Positions 29,282 to 39,763 of a DNA stretch of 64,000 nucleotides are shown here, in pieces. Each line of letters starts with the position of its first letter. The first letter of the stretch is position 1. The translations under genes and the position numbers were made by a program. The notes beneath the pieces were generated by a model. That model saw only the letters and a list, made by a program, of their open reading frames with translations. It searched no databases and was not told the DNA's origin. This DNA is from an uncultured Candidatus Bathyarchaeia archaeon (lineage in GTDB: Archaea > Thermoproteota > Bathyarchaeia > 40CM-2-53-6 > RBG-13-38-9). The stretch covers positions 26,279-90,278 of the forward strand of contig CAYZRW010000005.1 in assembly GCA_964480955.1 (NCBI GenBank), read 5' to 3'.

Positions 29282-30681
29282 TCAGATTGAGTTATAGAAG
29301 AATAAACCACGATGTCCTCATCTTGGACACAACTTTGAGGGAGGGAGAACAGACTCCAGGAGTCACATTCACAATAGAAGAGAAGCTTGAGATAGCTCGG
29401 AAACTGGACGATATAGGGGTAGACATGATCGAGGCTGGAGACCCCAATGTCTCAAGCGATGTTAAGGAGGCTATTAGAAGAATCGCGAAGGAGGGTCTGA
29501 AAGCTGAGATACTTGCCCATTGCAGGGCCCTGGTCCCTGATGTTGAGACCGCAGCCTCATGTGGGGTAGACAGAGTCGCCATATTCCTCGGGACTTCAAA
29601 GTCCCATCTCAAATACAAAATGAAGAGGGATGAAGAGAAGGCTATAGAACTTGCTTCAAAAGCAATAGAACACGCCAGAGACCAAGGTTTGAAGGTCAGA
29701 TTCACAGCTGAAGACGCGTCAAGGACCGACTACGATTTTCTTTTGAAAATATGTAAAGAAGCACAAGACTCCGGCGCTGACAGGATAAGCATACCGGACA
29801 CAGTTGGAATAATGACTCCCAACAGTGTTCGGGAACTGTTTGGAAAACTTACTCAAGAACTTAAGGTTGAACTTGACACACACTGCCACAACGACCTAGG
29901 TATGTCAACGGCCAACACATTGGCAGGACTTGAGGGAGGAGCCACAGCAGCCCACGCCACCATTAACGGTTTAGGTGAGAGGAGTGGAATAGCCCCACTC
30001 AGCGAAGTCGCAGTTGCTCTGAAAGTGATATATGAAATTGAGACCGTGAGGCTTGAAGAACTCCCAGCACTATCCCTCTTAGTTGAGAGATACAGCGGAA
30101 TAGTCCCGGCGCCGAACACACCCATAATCGGGGAAAACGCCTTCACTCACAAGGCAGGTATTCATGTTGCAGGCGTTCTGGCCAACCCATCAACCTACGA
30201 AGGCTTCCCGCCAGATCTGATTGGGAGACAAAGGGACATAATCATAGACAAGTACACGGGAATTCACGCGGTCAAATCTAGACTCGAAAGGCTTGGTGTC
30301 ATCCTAAACGAGAGTCAAATAACTAGCGTGGTCCAAGCGATAAAAGAGAGGCCTACCGTCACCAGGTTCAGAGACGCCGACCTCATAGAGTTGGCCGAAC
30401 AGGTAACGGGGAAGAACCTCCAAGCTGAGGTTCCAAGCAAGGTTGAAGCCCTCCTAAGAGTCAAATGCGAATCGAACGTCTATACAACAGCAATAGCCAG
30501 AAGACTCAGAGCTCTAAAGAAAATCAGTAAGGTCTATGAGGTCACCGGAAACTATGACATTCAAGTCTCGATAACTGCAGACTCAACAGCAGACCTCAAC
30601 GACATCCTCGAGAGAATAAGGGAGATGGATGGTGTCAAAGAGACCGAGACTCAACTCATCCTGAAGAAGTTTGAAACCTAA
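29278..30681 (+). CDS. Homocitrate synthase-like 2-oxoacid:acetyl-CoA condensing enzyme with a C-terminal RAM-like regulatory domain
   Basis: DRE-TIM core (LDTTLREGEQTPGV, HCHNDLGM, NGLGERSGIA). About 80 C-terminal residues (YEVTGNYDIQVSI...ILERIREMDGVKETETQLI) look like an Lrp RAM domain. It lies downstream of lysK. Confidence 0.75.
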   Translation: MIRLSYRRINHDVLILDTTLREGEQTPGVTFTIEEKLEIARKLDDIGVDMIEAGDPNVSSDVKEAIRRIAKEGLKAEILAHCRALVPDVETAASCGVDRVAIFLGTSKSHLKYKMKRDEEKAIELASKAIEHARDQGLKVRFTAEDASRTDYDFLLKICKEAQDSGADRISIPDTVGIMTPNSVRELFGKLTQELKVELDTHCHNDLGMSTANTLAGLEGGATAAHATINGLGERSGIAPLSEVAVALKVIYEIETVRLEELPALSLLVERYSGIVPAPNTPIIGENAFTHKAGIHVAGVLANPSTYEGFPPDLIGRQRDIIIDKYTGIHAVKSRLERLGVILNESQITSVVQAIKERPTVTRFRDADLIELAEQVTGKNLQAEVPSKVEALLRVKCESNVYTTAIARRLRALKKISKVYEVTGNYDIQVSITADSTADLNDILERIREMDGVKETETQLILKKFET

Positions 30682-30947
30682 ACCTCACAGGAATTTCCAG
30701 AAAACTCGAGAGGCTCAGGTAGGGAAAGATCTACAATAACCTTATAAGGGGCTGTACCGAGTCTAGGTCCAATCTGGACGATGAGTGAAGCGGAAATGTT
30801 CACAGACGTCCCCACCAAGATACTTCCAAGTCCTCAACTCATAGTTCAACTCATCGTTCTCGTAGTACTCCTATTGTAGCGCAGGCAGCAAACTCCGTGT
30901 TATTGCTGCACTGGCTGTGTAATAACACTAGCAGAGATGATAATGGA

Positions 30948-32627
30948 ATGGTCAAGTCGTCCGGCGCAAAAGCGTTGGTGAAGTCCCTGGAGAGAGAGAA
31001 AGTCGAGACTATATTCGGGTTGCCTGGAGGCACTATCATGCCAGCCTACGATGTCCTTCTAGACTCAGAGATCAGACACATACTTGTAAGGCATGAGCAG
31101 TCGGCAGCCCACATGGCAGACGGATACGCAAGAGCCAGTGGAAGAACCGGTGTCTGCATGGCCACCTCCGGCCCCGGCGCCACGAACTTGGTAACCGGAA
31201 TCGCAACGGCACATCTCGACTCCTCTCCAGTAGTGGCTATAACGGGTCAAGTCTCAACCCCTCAGATAGGTCTGGACGCCTTTCAGGAAGCAGACATAAT
31301 TGGGATAGCAAGCCCCGTGACCAAATACAGCTTTCAGCCGCGCAGTGTCGCGGAGATACCTACGGCAGTCATGAAGGCCTTCTACATAGCCTCGACGGGA
31401 AGAGCAGGGCCTGTCCTGATAGACGTGCCCAAGGATGTCCAAGTTGATTTGGCGGAGGTGGAGTATCCCGAAAAGGTCGAGATCAGGGGATACAGAACCG
31501 TCTACAAGCCAGACCAAGAGAAGATCAACAGGGCGGCGGAGGTGCTGGCGAGGGCGGAGAAACCATTCATATTGGCGGGCGGTGGAGTAACCCTATCAAA
31601 CGCTTCGCATGAACTTCAAAGACTGGCTGAACTGCTACTCGCACCAGTCGCCACCTCACTCATGGGAAAAGGCTCATTCCCTGAAGACCATCCGCTCTCA
31701 ATGGGCATGGTTGGGATGCACGGTTCAAAGGAGACTAACCAGTTGATCTACGAGGCCGACGTAATATTGGCAGTTGGCTGTCGGTTCACAGACCGCACCA
31801 CAGGAAGGCTAGATGAGTTCTGCCCAGCCTCACACTTCATTCACATCGACATAGATGCGACAGAGATCGGAAAGAACAAGTGTGTAGAAGTAGCGATAGT
31901 CAGTGACGCTGGCCACGCCCTCAGAGCGCTGCTAAGAGCTTTAGCGAAGAATCTCACAGCAGCAAAGGACACCCCATGGTCAAGGAAGGTCAGGGAAGTC
32001 AAAGAGGCTTATGCAAATAAGATAGAGAATTCTGGAAAAGAGTTGACCCCGCCCAAAGTCCTGAAAGAGCTCAGGAGACTGTTGCCTCCGCAAGCGATAG
32101 TCACAACTGAAGTGGGTCAGAACCAGATGTGGGCCTCATTATGCTTTAGAGCGTTACGACCACGGACTTTCATAACTTCCGGAGGATTCGGATGCATGGG
32201 TTTCGGGTTTCCAGCCTCGATCGGTGCAAAAGCCGCAAAGCCTGACGTACCAGTCTTCGACATAGCTGGCGACGGAAGCTTCATGATGACAGAGAACTCT
32301 CTGGCAACATCGGTACTAGAGAAGCTGCCGGTCACGGTTCTGATATTGAACAATAGGATGCTTGGGATGGTTGCGCAGTGGCAAAGACTATTCTACAATA
32401 GAAGATACTCAGCCGTCAAGCTTGGAGAGGTTCCAGATTTCGTCAAGCTTGCAGGGGCTTATGGGGCTGAAGGATACAGGGTTGGGTCGATGCGGGAATT
32501 CTCAGAAGTAATCAAGAAATCCCTGAGAAACGAGGTTACAACCGTGATAGATGTTCCAATAGACCCTGAGGAGAACGTTTTACCGATGGTTCCGGCAGGT
32601 TACAGCTTAAAGGAAGTTATTGGGTGA
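30948..32627 (+). CDS. ilvB: Acetolactate synthase large subunit
   Basis: ThDP enzyme (GLPGG, ATSGPGATN, GDGSFMM). The start is taken at an internal Met; the ORF track begins at 30897. Confidence 0.9.
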   Translation: MVKSSGAKALVKSLEREKVETIFGLPGGTIMPAYDVLLDSEIRHILVRHEQSAAHMADGYARASGRTGVCMATSGPGATNLVTGIATAHLDSSPVVAITGQVSTPQIGLDAFQEADIIGIASPVTKYSFQPRSVAEIPTAVMKAFYIASTGRAGPVLIDVPKDVQVDLAEVEYPEKVEIRGYRTVYKPDQEKINRAAEVLARAEKPFILAGGGVTLSNASHELQRLAELLLAPVATSLMGKGSFPEDHPLSMGMVGMHGSKETNQLIYEADVILAVGCRFTDRTTGRLDEFCPASHFIHIDIDATEIGKNKCVEVAIVSDAGHALRALLRALAKNLTAAKDTPWSRKVREVKEAYANKIENSGKELTPPKVLKELRRLLPPQAIVTTEVGQNQMWASLCFRALRPRTFITSGGFGCMGFGFPASIGAKAAKPDVPVFDIAGDGSFMMTENSLATSVLEKLPVTVLILNNRMLGMVAQWQRLFYNRRYSAVKLGEVPDFVKLAGAYGAEGYRVGSMREFSEVIKKSLRNEVTTVIDVPIDPEENVLPMVPAGYSLKEVIG

Positions 32628-32633
32628 AAACCC

Positions 32634-33140
32634 TTGGCAAAGACCTTCATCATATCCGCGTTAGTCGAGCATAAACCGGGTGTCCTCTATAAGGTATCAA
32701 ACATGTTCTGGCGTCGCGGCTTCAACATCGAGAGCGTAGCTATCGGCACAGCAGAGCAAGAAGATCTCGCACGGATGACAATAACTATTAAAGGAGAGGA
32801 GGAGGACGCGGAACAACTTGTCGGTCAGCTAGAAAAGCTGGTAGACGTCCTCAAAGCCGCAAGACTCGACCAAGAAAGAGCGGTCATAAGGGAACTGGCC
32901 CTAGTCAAACTCCGCGCAAAAGACCCGAAGGTACGGTCGGACATCTTCCACTACGTAGACGTTTTCAGAGGAAGAATAGTTGACGTCTCTCCAGAGACAG
33001 CGACTGTGGAGATAGTTGGAAGCAAAGACAAGATAGACGCCTTCATAAGCCTCACAAGAAGCTTTGGCGTGGTCGAAGTCGCGAGGACAGGTGAGACTGC
33101 GCTTATTAGGGGCCCCCAATCTGTAAGAATAGACATTTAG
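32634..33140 (+). CDS. ilvN: Acetolactate synthase small (regulatory) subunit
   Basis: 168 aa with an N-terminal ACT domain ([30 protein letters not shown]). Confidence 0.85.
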   Translation: MAKTFIISALVEHKPGVLYKVSNMFWRRGFNIESVAIGTAEQEDLARMTITIKGEEEDAEQLVGQLEKLVDVLKAARLDQERAVIRELALVKLRAKDPKVRSDIFHYVDVFRGRIVDVSPETATVEIVGSKDKIDAFISLTRSFGVVEVARTGETALIRGPQSVRIDI

Positions 33141-33141
33141 G

Positions 33142-34155
33142 GTGATTTGGATGGCCAAGGTATATCATGACCAAGACGCAGACATGAAGTATCTGGAAGG
33201 AAAGACCATAGCGGTGATAGGTTATGGAAATCAAGGGCATGCTCAAGCCCTTACCTTCAGGGATTCAGGCGTAAACGTCGTTGTAGGCCTCAGACCTGGA
33301 GGAAAATCCTGGAAACTGGCTGAGCAAGAGGGTTTCAAGCCCCTAACAGTCGAGGAGGCGGCGAAGAAGGCAGACATCATACACCTGCTCTTCCCAGACC
33401 TAGAACAGCCCACCGTCTACCGTCAGTACATAGAACCTAACCTGAAAGAGGGCAAGACTCTAAGTTGCTCCCACGCCTACAATATTCACTTCAAGCAGAT
33501 CGTTCCGCCCAAGAATACTGACGTCATTATGGTAGCCCCCAAGAGCCCCGGTTCAAGGCTCAGAGAGATCTACAAGGAAGGCTTCGGCGTACCGGCTTTG
33601 ATAGCGGTCTACCAGAACGCCTCGGGTAAAGCCAAAGAGACGGTCCTCGCGATGGCCAAATCCCTCGGGACGACAAGAGCAGGGGTGATAGAGACAACAT
33701 TCAAGGAAGAGGCTGAGACCGACATAATCGGGGAGCAGATAGTTCTGGGGGGCGGATCGATGGAACTGATCAAGAAGGGATTCGAAGTCCTCGTAGAGGC
33801 AGGATACCAACCTGAACTCGCATACTTCGAGGTTGCGAACGAACTGAAGCTGATGGTCGACCTCCTCTACGAAGGCGGACTGACCAGGATGATGAAGATG
33901 ATCTCCCACACGGCCCAGTATGGAAGCCTAACGGTTGGGCCGAGAGTGATTGACGACCACGTAAAAGAAAACATGCGCAAAGTTGTGAAATTCGTTCAGA
34001 GTGGCGAGTTTGCGAGAGAGTGGAGTGGCGACCCAAAGAAGAGTATGGAGCGACTCAACAAGTTGATGAGAGAGCTTGAGGAACACCAAATAGAAAAGGT
34101 TGGAAAAGCAATCAGACAGATGGCTGGGATAGAGAGGGGCGCCTCAGCCTACTAA
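33142..34155 (+). CDS. ilvC: Ketol-acid reductoisomerase
   Basis: Rossmann [11 protein letters not shown] motif with a class I KARI C-terminal domain. Confidence 0.9.
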   Translation: MIWMAKVYHDQDADMKYLEGKTIAVIGYGNQGHAQALTFRDSGVNVVVGLRPGGKSWKLAEQEGFKPLTVEEAAKKADIIHLLFPDLEQPTVYRQYIEPNLKEGKTLSCSHAYNIHFKQIVPPKNTDVIMVAPKSPGSRLREIYKEGFGVPALIAVYQNASGKAKETVLAMAKSLGTTRAGVIETTFKEEAETDIIGEQIVLGGGSMELIKKGFEVLVEAGYQPELAYFEVANELKLMVDLLYEGGLTRMMKMISHTAQYGSLTVGPRVIDDHVKENMRKVVKFVQSGEFAREWSGDPKKSMERLNKLMRELEEHQIEKVGKAIRQMAGIERGASAY

Positions 34156-34177
34156 CAACTACTCAAAGGTATAACAC

Positions 34178-35437
34178 TTGAACATATTCGAAAAGATACT
34201 GGCCAGGGCGGCGGGAAGGAAAGAAGTATCCGCCGGCGAGATTGTTGAAGCAAACATAGATATGGCCATGATTCACGACCTCACCGGACCCTTGACGGTC
34301 GACTCCTTCCGCAAGATCGGAGCCGAAAAGGTATGGGACCCAAAAAGGATAGTTGTCATATTCGACCACCTAGTTCCAGCAAGCACTATCAGAGCAGCCA
34401 CCCTCCAAAAGGGACTGAGAGAATTCGTGAAGGAGCAGGGCATCCAAAGCCTTTATGATATAGGTCAAGGGGGTGTCTGCCACCAAGTCTTCCATGAGAA
34501 AGGTCACGTGAGGCCGGGAGAACTCATTGTCGGTGCAGACTCCCACACATGCACTTACGGAGCCTTAGGAGCCTTCGCAACAGGAATAGGCTCAACAGAG
34601 ATGGCGGCGGTCTTCACCACGGGAAGAATGTGGTTCAAAGTACCCAAAGCCCTAAGGATAAATGCGTCCGGAAACTTCAAGCGGTATACGACCCCAAAAG
34701 ACTTGATACTCAGAATCATAGGTGACCTCGGTGAGGGCGGCGCCATATACAAAGGGTTAGAGTTCACAGGCCCAACATTCACCAATATGAGCATTGACGG
34801 CAGACTCGCAGTATGCAACATGGTGGTTGAGGCTGGGGCAAAGGCGGGCATAGTACCGCCAGACAACAGAACAATCGCCTACGTCAGGGCGAGAACCAAG
34901 AAGCCATTCAAACCAGCAAGAAGCGACAGAGACGCCAGCTATGAAGACATCCTAGAATATGACGTCTCAAGACTGGTGCCACAGGTAGCTTGCCCTCCAT
35001 CCGTCGACAACGTCAAACCAGCCTTGGAACTGTCAGACGTGAAGGTCGACCAAGTATTCATAGGATCATGCACAAATGGGAGGCTTGAGGACCTCCGGCT
35101 CGCGGCAAAGGTCCTGAAGGGAAGGGAAATCCACAAGGACGTCAGAATGATCGTCAGCCCAGCCTCTCAAGAAGTCTGCGTCCAATGCCTCAAAGAAGGA
35201 CTATTCAGAACATTCATGGAGGCGGGAGCCATAATCACCAATGCCACCTGCGGCCCATGTATAGGTGGACACATGGGAATACTGGCGCCGAAAGAGGTCT
35301 GCATAAGCACCTCAAACCGCAACTTCATAGGAAGAATGGGAAGCCCTCAGTCAGAAGTCTACTTGGCCAATCCAGCTACCGCGGCCGCATCTGGAATAGC
35401 TGGCCACATAATAGATCCAAATGAACTCAAGAGGTGA
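34178..35437 (+). CDS. leuC: 3-isopropylmalate/homoaconitate dehydratase large subunit
   Basis: Aconitase-family large subunit (GADSHTCT, CTNGRLEDL, GPCIG). Confidence 0.85.
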   Translation: MNIFEKILARAAGRKEVSAGEIVEANIDMAMIHDLTGPLTVDSFRKIGAEKVWDPKRIVVIFDHLVPASTIRAATLQKGLREFVKEQGIQSLYDIGQGGVCHQVFHEKGHVRPGELIVGADSHTCTYGALGAFATGIGSTEMAAVFTTGRMWFKVPKALRINASGNFKRYTTPKDLILRIIGDLGEGGAIYKGLEFTGPTFTNMSIDGRLAVCNMVVEAGAKAGIVPPDNRTIAYVRARTKKPFKPARSDRDASYEDILEYDVSRLVPQVACPPSVDNVKPALELSDVKVDQVFIGSCTNGRLEDLRLAAKVLKGREIHKDVRMIVSPASQEVCVQCLKEGLFRTFMEAGAIITNATCGPCIGGHMGILAPKEVCISTSNRNFIGRMGSPQSEVYLANPATAAASGIAGHIIDPNELKR

Positions 35438-35940
35438 TGAACTTGGCCATAACTGCAAAAGCTGTGAAGTTTGGAGACAACATAAACACTGACGTGATCC
35501 TGCCGGGCAAGTACCTTGAGTTGATCGAACCTGAAGAGCTTGGCAAACACGCTCTCGAGGGTCTAGACCCAACTTTTGCCCAAAGGGCAAGAGAAGGAGT
35601 GATACTGGTAGGAGGCAGAAACTTCGGTTGCGGTTCAAGTAGGGAACAGGCCCCAATAGCACTGAAAAGCGCAGGTGTACGGTGTGTGGTGGCAGAGTCC
35701 TTTGCAAGAATCTTCTACAGAAACGCGATCAACATAGGACTACCAGCCTTGGAATGTGTAGGAGTCACAGGAAAGGTTGACGAGGGCGACCTGCTCTCGG
35801 CAGACCCAAAAACCGGAACAGTAGAGAACCATACTAAAGGAACAGTCCTCAAGACCTCGCCTCTGCCAACATTCATCCTGAACCTTCTTGAGGAGGGCGG
35901 CCTCATCCCCCACGTGAGAGGCTTGATAGGAAAGAGATGA
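35434..35940 (+). CDS. leuD: 3-isopropylmalate/homoaconitate dehydratase small subunit
   Basis: 168 aa aconitase swivel domain (GDNINTDVILPGKYL, GRNFGCGSSREQAP). Confidence 0.85.
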   Translation: MMNLAITAKAVKFGDNINTDVILPGKYLELIEPEELGKHALEGLDPTFAQRAREGVILVGGRNFGCGSSREQAPIALKSAGVRCVVAESFARIFYRNAINIGLPALECVGVTGKVDEGDLLSADPKTGTVENHTKGTVLKTSPLPTFILNLLEEGGLIPHVRGLIGKR

Positions 35941-36965
35941 GAGATCGTCGAGTAGCCGTAATTCCAGGGGACGGGATAGGTCCAGAACAGGTAGAGGCGA
36001 CACTGAAAGTCCTAGAGGCTGTTCAACAGAAATTCGGATTCAACATATCCTTTGTCATGGTTGACGCCGGGGACGAATGTTTCAGAAAGAAAGGGGAAGC
36101 TCTCCCTCAGGACACCATAGAAGCCATCAAGGACTCTGACGCAATCCTGAAAGGACCTGTTGGGGAGATGGCTCGAGACGTAGTAGTGAAGCTAAGACTA
36201 ATGTTCAGACTTTACGCTAATTTAAGACCCGCCAAAGCCTACCAGGGAATAGAATGCTTGAGGCCCGACATAGACTTCGTAATGGTACGGGAGAATACTG
36301 AAGACCTATACAAAGGAATAGAGTTTGAGCTCGACGGCTCAGCCATAGCGATACGCATCATAACAGAAACCGGCTCAAAGGATATCGCCGACTATGCCTT
36401 CAGACTCGCAAGGACAAGAAACAAGAAGAGAAGGGTGACAGTCGTTCACAAAGCAAACGTCATGAGAGTCACCGACGGACTCTTCAGGCGAATGTGCCAA
36501 GAGACCTCAGAGAACTATCCAGACATCACGGTGAACGAGATGTATGTTGACGCTACGGCGATGAACCTCATCAGGATCCCCCAAGAGTTTGACGTCATAG
36601 TGACAACAAACCTCTTCGGGGACATACTCTCAGACGAGGCGGCGCAGCTCGTCGGAGGCTTGGGCGTCGCACCCTCAGCCAATATAGGGAGAGACTTCGC
36701 CCTCTTCGAGCCGGTCCACGGCTCAGCGCCGGACATAGCTGGGAGACAGACAGCCAACCCATGCTCAATGATTCTATCCTCAAAGATGATGCTTGAATAC
36801 TTCGGGGAGAGAGGAGGAGGAAAGGAGTGGATGGATGCGGCTAACGCCATCGAGGAAGCCTTCATAGATACATTGAAGTCAGGCGTCACCACACCTGACC
36901 TGGGTGGAAGAAGCAAGACCATAGAAGTTGGAGAGTCAATAGCTCAGAGAATAGTCGAGGCGTAA
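35937..36965 (+). CDS. leuB: 3-isopropylmalate (or homoisocitrate) dehydrogenase
   Basis: β-decarboxylating dehydrogenase (AVIPGDGIGPE, NLFGDILSDEAAQLVGGLG). Confidence 0.8.
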   Translation: MRDRRVAVIPGDGIGPEQVEATLKVLEAVQQKFGFNISFVMVDAGDECFRKKGEALPQDTIEAIKDSDAILKGPVGEMARDVVVKLRLMFRLYANLRPAKAYQGIECLRPDIDFVMVRENTEDLYKGIEFELDGSAIAIRIITETGSKDIADYAFRLARTRNKKRRVTVVHKANVMRVTDGLFRRMCQETSENYPDITVNEMYVDATAMNLIRIPQEFDVIVTTNLFGDILSDEAAQLVGGLGVAPSANIGRDFALFEPVHGSAPDIAGRQTANPCSMILSSKMMLEYFGERGGGKEWMDAANAIEEAFIDTLKSGVTTPDLGGRSKTIEVGESIAQRIVEA

Positions 36966-38495
36966 ATGATGCAGAACAAGAAAGGTATGGTCAGAATATT
37001 CGACACAACCCTGAGGGACGGGGAGCAGACTCCTGGAGTATCGCTTACACCTGAAGAGAAGCTTGAGATAGCCCTGAAGCTCGATGAGCTTGGCGTCGAC
37101 ACTATAGAGGCAGGCTTCCCAATAGTATCCAAAGGAGAACTTGAAGCAGCCAAACTCATAACCAAGCAAGGCTTGAAGTCCGAGATCTGCGCGCTCGCGC
37201 GGGCAGACCAGAGAGACATCGACGTAGCCCTTGGATGTGAGGTTCCGTGCATACACGTTTTCATAGCGACTTCAGAGATCCACATGAAGCATAAACTGCA
37301 GATGAACAAGGAGCAGGTTCTGGAAGCGGCGAAGAAGTGGGTAGGCTACACAAAGGATCACGGTGTGATTGTAGAGTTCTCTCCGGAAGACGCAACAAGG
37401 ACAGACCCGGAATTCCTCAGACAGGTTCTGAAGGCAACGGAAGATGCTGGAGCTGACAGAATAAACATACCTGACACAGTGGGCATCGCAACACCTGAGA
37501 GAATGTTTGAGATAATATCCAGTGCTGTGTCCACGGTGGACATACCGATCAGCGTGCACTGCCACAACGACTTCGGCCTGGCAGTTGCAAACTCGCTGGC
37601 AGGGGTCAGGGCAGGGGCTTCCCAAGCTCATGTCACAATAAACGGCCTCGGCGAGAGAGCTGGCAACGCCTCGCTTGAAGAATTCGCTATGTCACTTCAC
37701 CTTCTCCAAGACAAGAAGACGAATATCAATACCAGACTAATCTATGAGACCTCAAGGTTGGTCTCTAGACTCACAGGTGTACCTGTGCAGCCAAACAAGG
37801 CTATAGTTGGTGAGAACGCCTTCGGCCATGAATCAGGAATCCACACACATGGAATACTCAAGAGCCCCCTAACATATGAACCAATAGACCCGGAGCTTGT
37901 CGGGAGGAAGAGGTGGTTCCAGGTTGGAAAACACGTGGGAGGACACGGCCTCGCAGCGAAGCTTGAGGAGGACGGTCTCCACCCAAATGAGGAACAGATG
38001 AAGGAGATAATGCAGCGGGTCAAGGACATTGGGGACAAAGGAAAATTGGTTACTGATGCAGACCTGTTTGCGATTGCAAAGGCAGTTATCGGCGGGGTCT
38101 CTGAGGAAAAGAGAATTGTAGACCTAAAAAATATCACCATAGTCACTGGAACAGAAGTTGTTCCAACATCCTCTGTCAAGATGCTGGTTGACGGTAAAGA
38201 ATACATTGCCTCAGAGACTGGAGTTGGGCCGGTGGACGCCGCCATCAAGGCCATCTACAAGATTGTGAGTCCACTTGTAGATGTGAGGCTGAAGGAATAT
38301 CGGCTGGAAGCCACAACAGGTGGATCCGACGCCTTGGCTGAGGTTCTCATAAAGGTAGAGGATAAAGAAGGAAGTGTTGTATCGGCTAGGGCGGCCCGCG
38401 AGGACGTAGTTATAGCGAGTGTAGAGGCTATGATAGAGGGGATCAACAAGATTCTGCTGAAGGGCCGCATGAAATCCTCCAGAGACAAACATTAA
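36966..38495 (+). CDS. leuA: 2-isopropylmalate synthase with the LeuA C-terminal regulatory domain
   Basis: 509 aa; DRE-TIM core (FDTTLRDGEQTPGV, HCHNDFGLAVAN, NGLGERAGNA) with a LeuA-type C-terminal dimerisation/allosteric domain. Confidence 0.85.
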   Translation: MMQNKKGMVRIFDTTLRDGEQTPGVSLTPEEKLEIALKLDELGVDTIEAGFPIVSKGELEAAKLITKQGLKSEICALARADQRDIDVALGCEVPCIHVFIATSEIHMKHKLQMNKEQVLEAAKKWVGYTKDHGVIVEFSPEDATRTDPEFLRQVLKATEDAGADRINIPDTVGIATPERMFEIISSAVSTVDIPISVHCHNDFGLAVANSLAGVRAGASQAHVTINGLGERAGNASLEEFAMSLHLLQDKKTNINTRLIYETSRLVSRLTGVPVQPNKAIVGENAFGHESGIHTHGILKSPLTYEPIDPELVGRKRWFQVGKHVGGHGLAAKLEEDGLHPNEEQMKEIMQRVKDIGDKGKLVTDADLFAIAKAVIGGVSEEKRIVDLKNITIVTGTEVVPTSSVKMLVDGKEYIASETGVGPVDAAIKAIYKIVSPLVDVRLKEYRLEATTGGSDALAEVLIKVEDKEGSVVSARAAREDVVIASVEAMIEGINKILLKGRMKSSRDKH

Positions 38496-38543
38496 CAGAA
38501 AGTGTCAAAGAACCGGCGGTCAGAACCACCACTGTGATTTGCC

Positions 38544-39674
38544 TTGGTCAAGCATAGAATAGCTCTGCTTCCTGGAGACGGTGTCGGCAAAGACGTTATG
38601 GACGCAGCCAAGATAGTGCTTGAAGCTACAAAGCTTGATGCAGAGTATCTTGTAGGAGACATTGGATGGGAGTTTTGGAAGAGCGAAGGAGACCCCTTAC
38701 CCCCAAGGACTCTGAGTCTACTTAGAAGAACTGACGTCTGCTTGCTGGGAGCAATCACATCGAAGCCTAAGGAGGAAGCTGAGGCCGAACTCAATCCGAA
38801 ACTGAAGGGTAAAGGCCATCAGTACTACAGCCCAATAGTCAGGTTACGTCAAGAGTTCAATCTACACACAAACATCAGGCCCTGCAAGAGCTACAGGGGC
38901 AACCCGCTAGACTACATGGAAGGAATCGATATAGTAGTATTCAGAGAGAATACTGAGGGCCTGTACAGTGGTGTGGAGTTTCACCCCCTCCCACCGGACC
39001 TGAAGGACTGGCTGGTCAAGAACCATCCGAAGATGAAGAGGTTTGAATCCACACCTTATGACGAGATAGCGGTTTCTTTGAGGATAATGACGAAGAACGC
39101 TTGTGATACAATTCTAACTCAGGCATTCGAATATGCGAAGGAGAAGGGCTGCAAGACTGTGACCGTGGTTGAGAAACCCAACATTCTCAGAGAGACCGGC
39201 GGCCTGATGCTTAGGGAAGCACGGAGAATCGCCAAGAATTATCCTGCAATCCAGCTTCAGGAGAGGAATATTGACGCAATCTGTATGTGGCTCGTAAAGA
39301 ATCCCCTCGATTACTCGGTCCTTGTGGCTGAGAACCTCTTTGGAGATATAATCTCTGACCTCTGCGCACAGCTTGTCGGCGGTCTAGGTTTTGCGCCAAG
39401 TGGGAATGTTGGTGAAGACTACGCAGTATTTGAGCCGGTGCATGGTTCAGCTCCCAAGTATGCGGGGCAGTACAAGGTCAACCCGTTGGCGATGATACTG
39501 TCCGCAAAGATGATGCTTGAATATCTTGGCGAGAAGGACTTGGCTGAGAAGGTTGAATGTGCGGTTGCGAATGTCATTGCGGAAGGAAAGGTCAGGACCT
39601 ACGACATGGGTGGGAACAGTAGCGCCTTGGAGATGGCGCACGCGGTAGCGAACAGAATGGGTGTAGACACGTGA
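38544..39674 (+). CDS. Isocitrate/homoisocitrate dehydrogenase-family protein (second β-decarboxylating dehydrogenase)
   Basis: 376 aa (ALLPGDGVGKDV, NLFGDIISDLCAQLVGGLGFAPS). It carries insertions relative to the leuB copy. Its substrate is undetermined. Confidence 0.7.
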   Translation: MVKHRIALLPGDGVGKDVMDAAKIVLEATKLDAEYLVGDIGWEFWKSEGDPLPPRTLSLLRRTDVCLLGAITSKPKEEAEAELNPKLKGKGHQYYSPIVRLRQEFNLHTNIRPCKSYRGNPLDYMEGIDIVVFRENTEGLYSGVEFHPLPPDLKDWLVKNHPKMKRFESTPYDEIAVSLRIMTKNACDTILTQAFEYAKEKGCKTVTVVEKPNILRETGGLMLREARRIAKNYPAIQLQERNIDAICMWLVKNPLDYSVLVAENLFGDIISDLCAQLVGGLGFAPSGNVGEDYAVFEPVHGSAPKYAGQYKVNPLAMILSAKMMLEYLGEKDLAEKVECAVANVIAEGKVRTYDMGGNSSALEMAHAVANRMGVDT

Positions 39675-39763
39675 AATCATGTCGAGACTAGCTGACTGAA
39701 AGAGTCCCTCGCCAGAAGACCGATAAAAGTCGTTGTATATTCCTATGGAGTCGGAGACATGGC

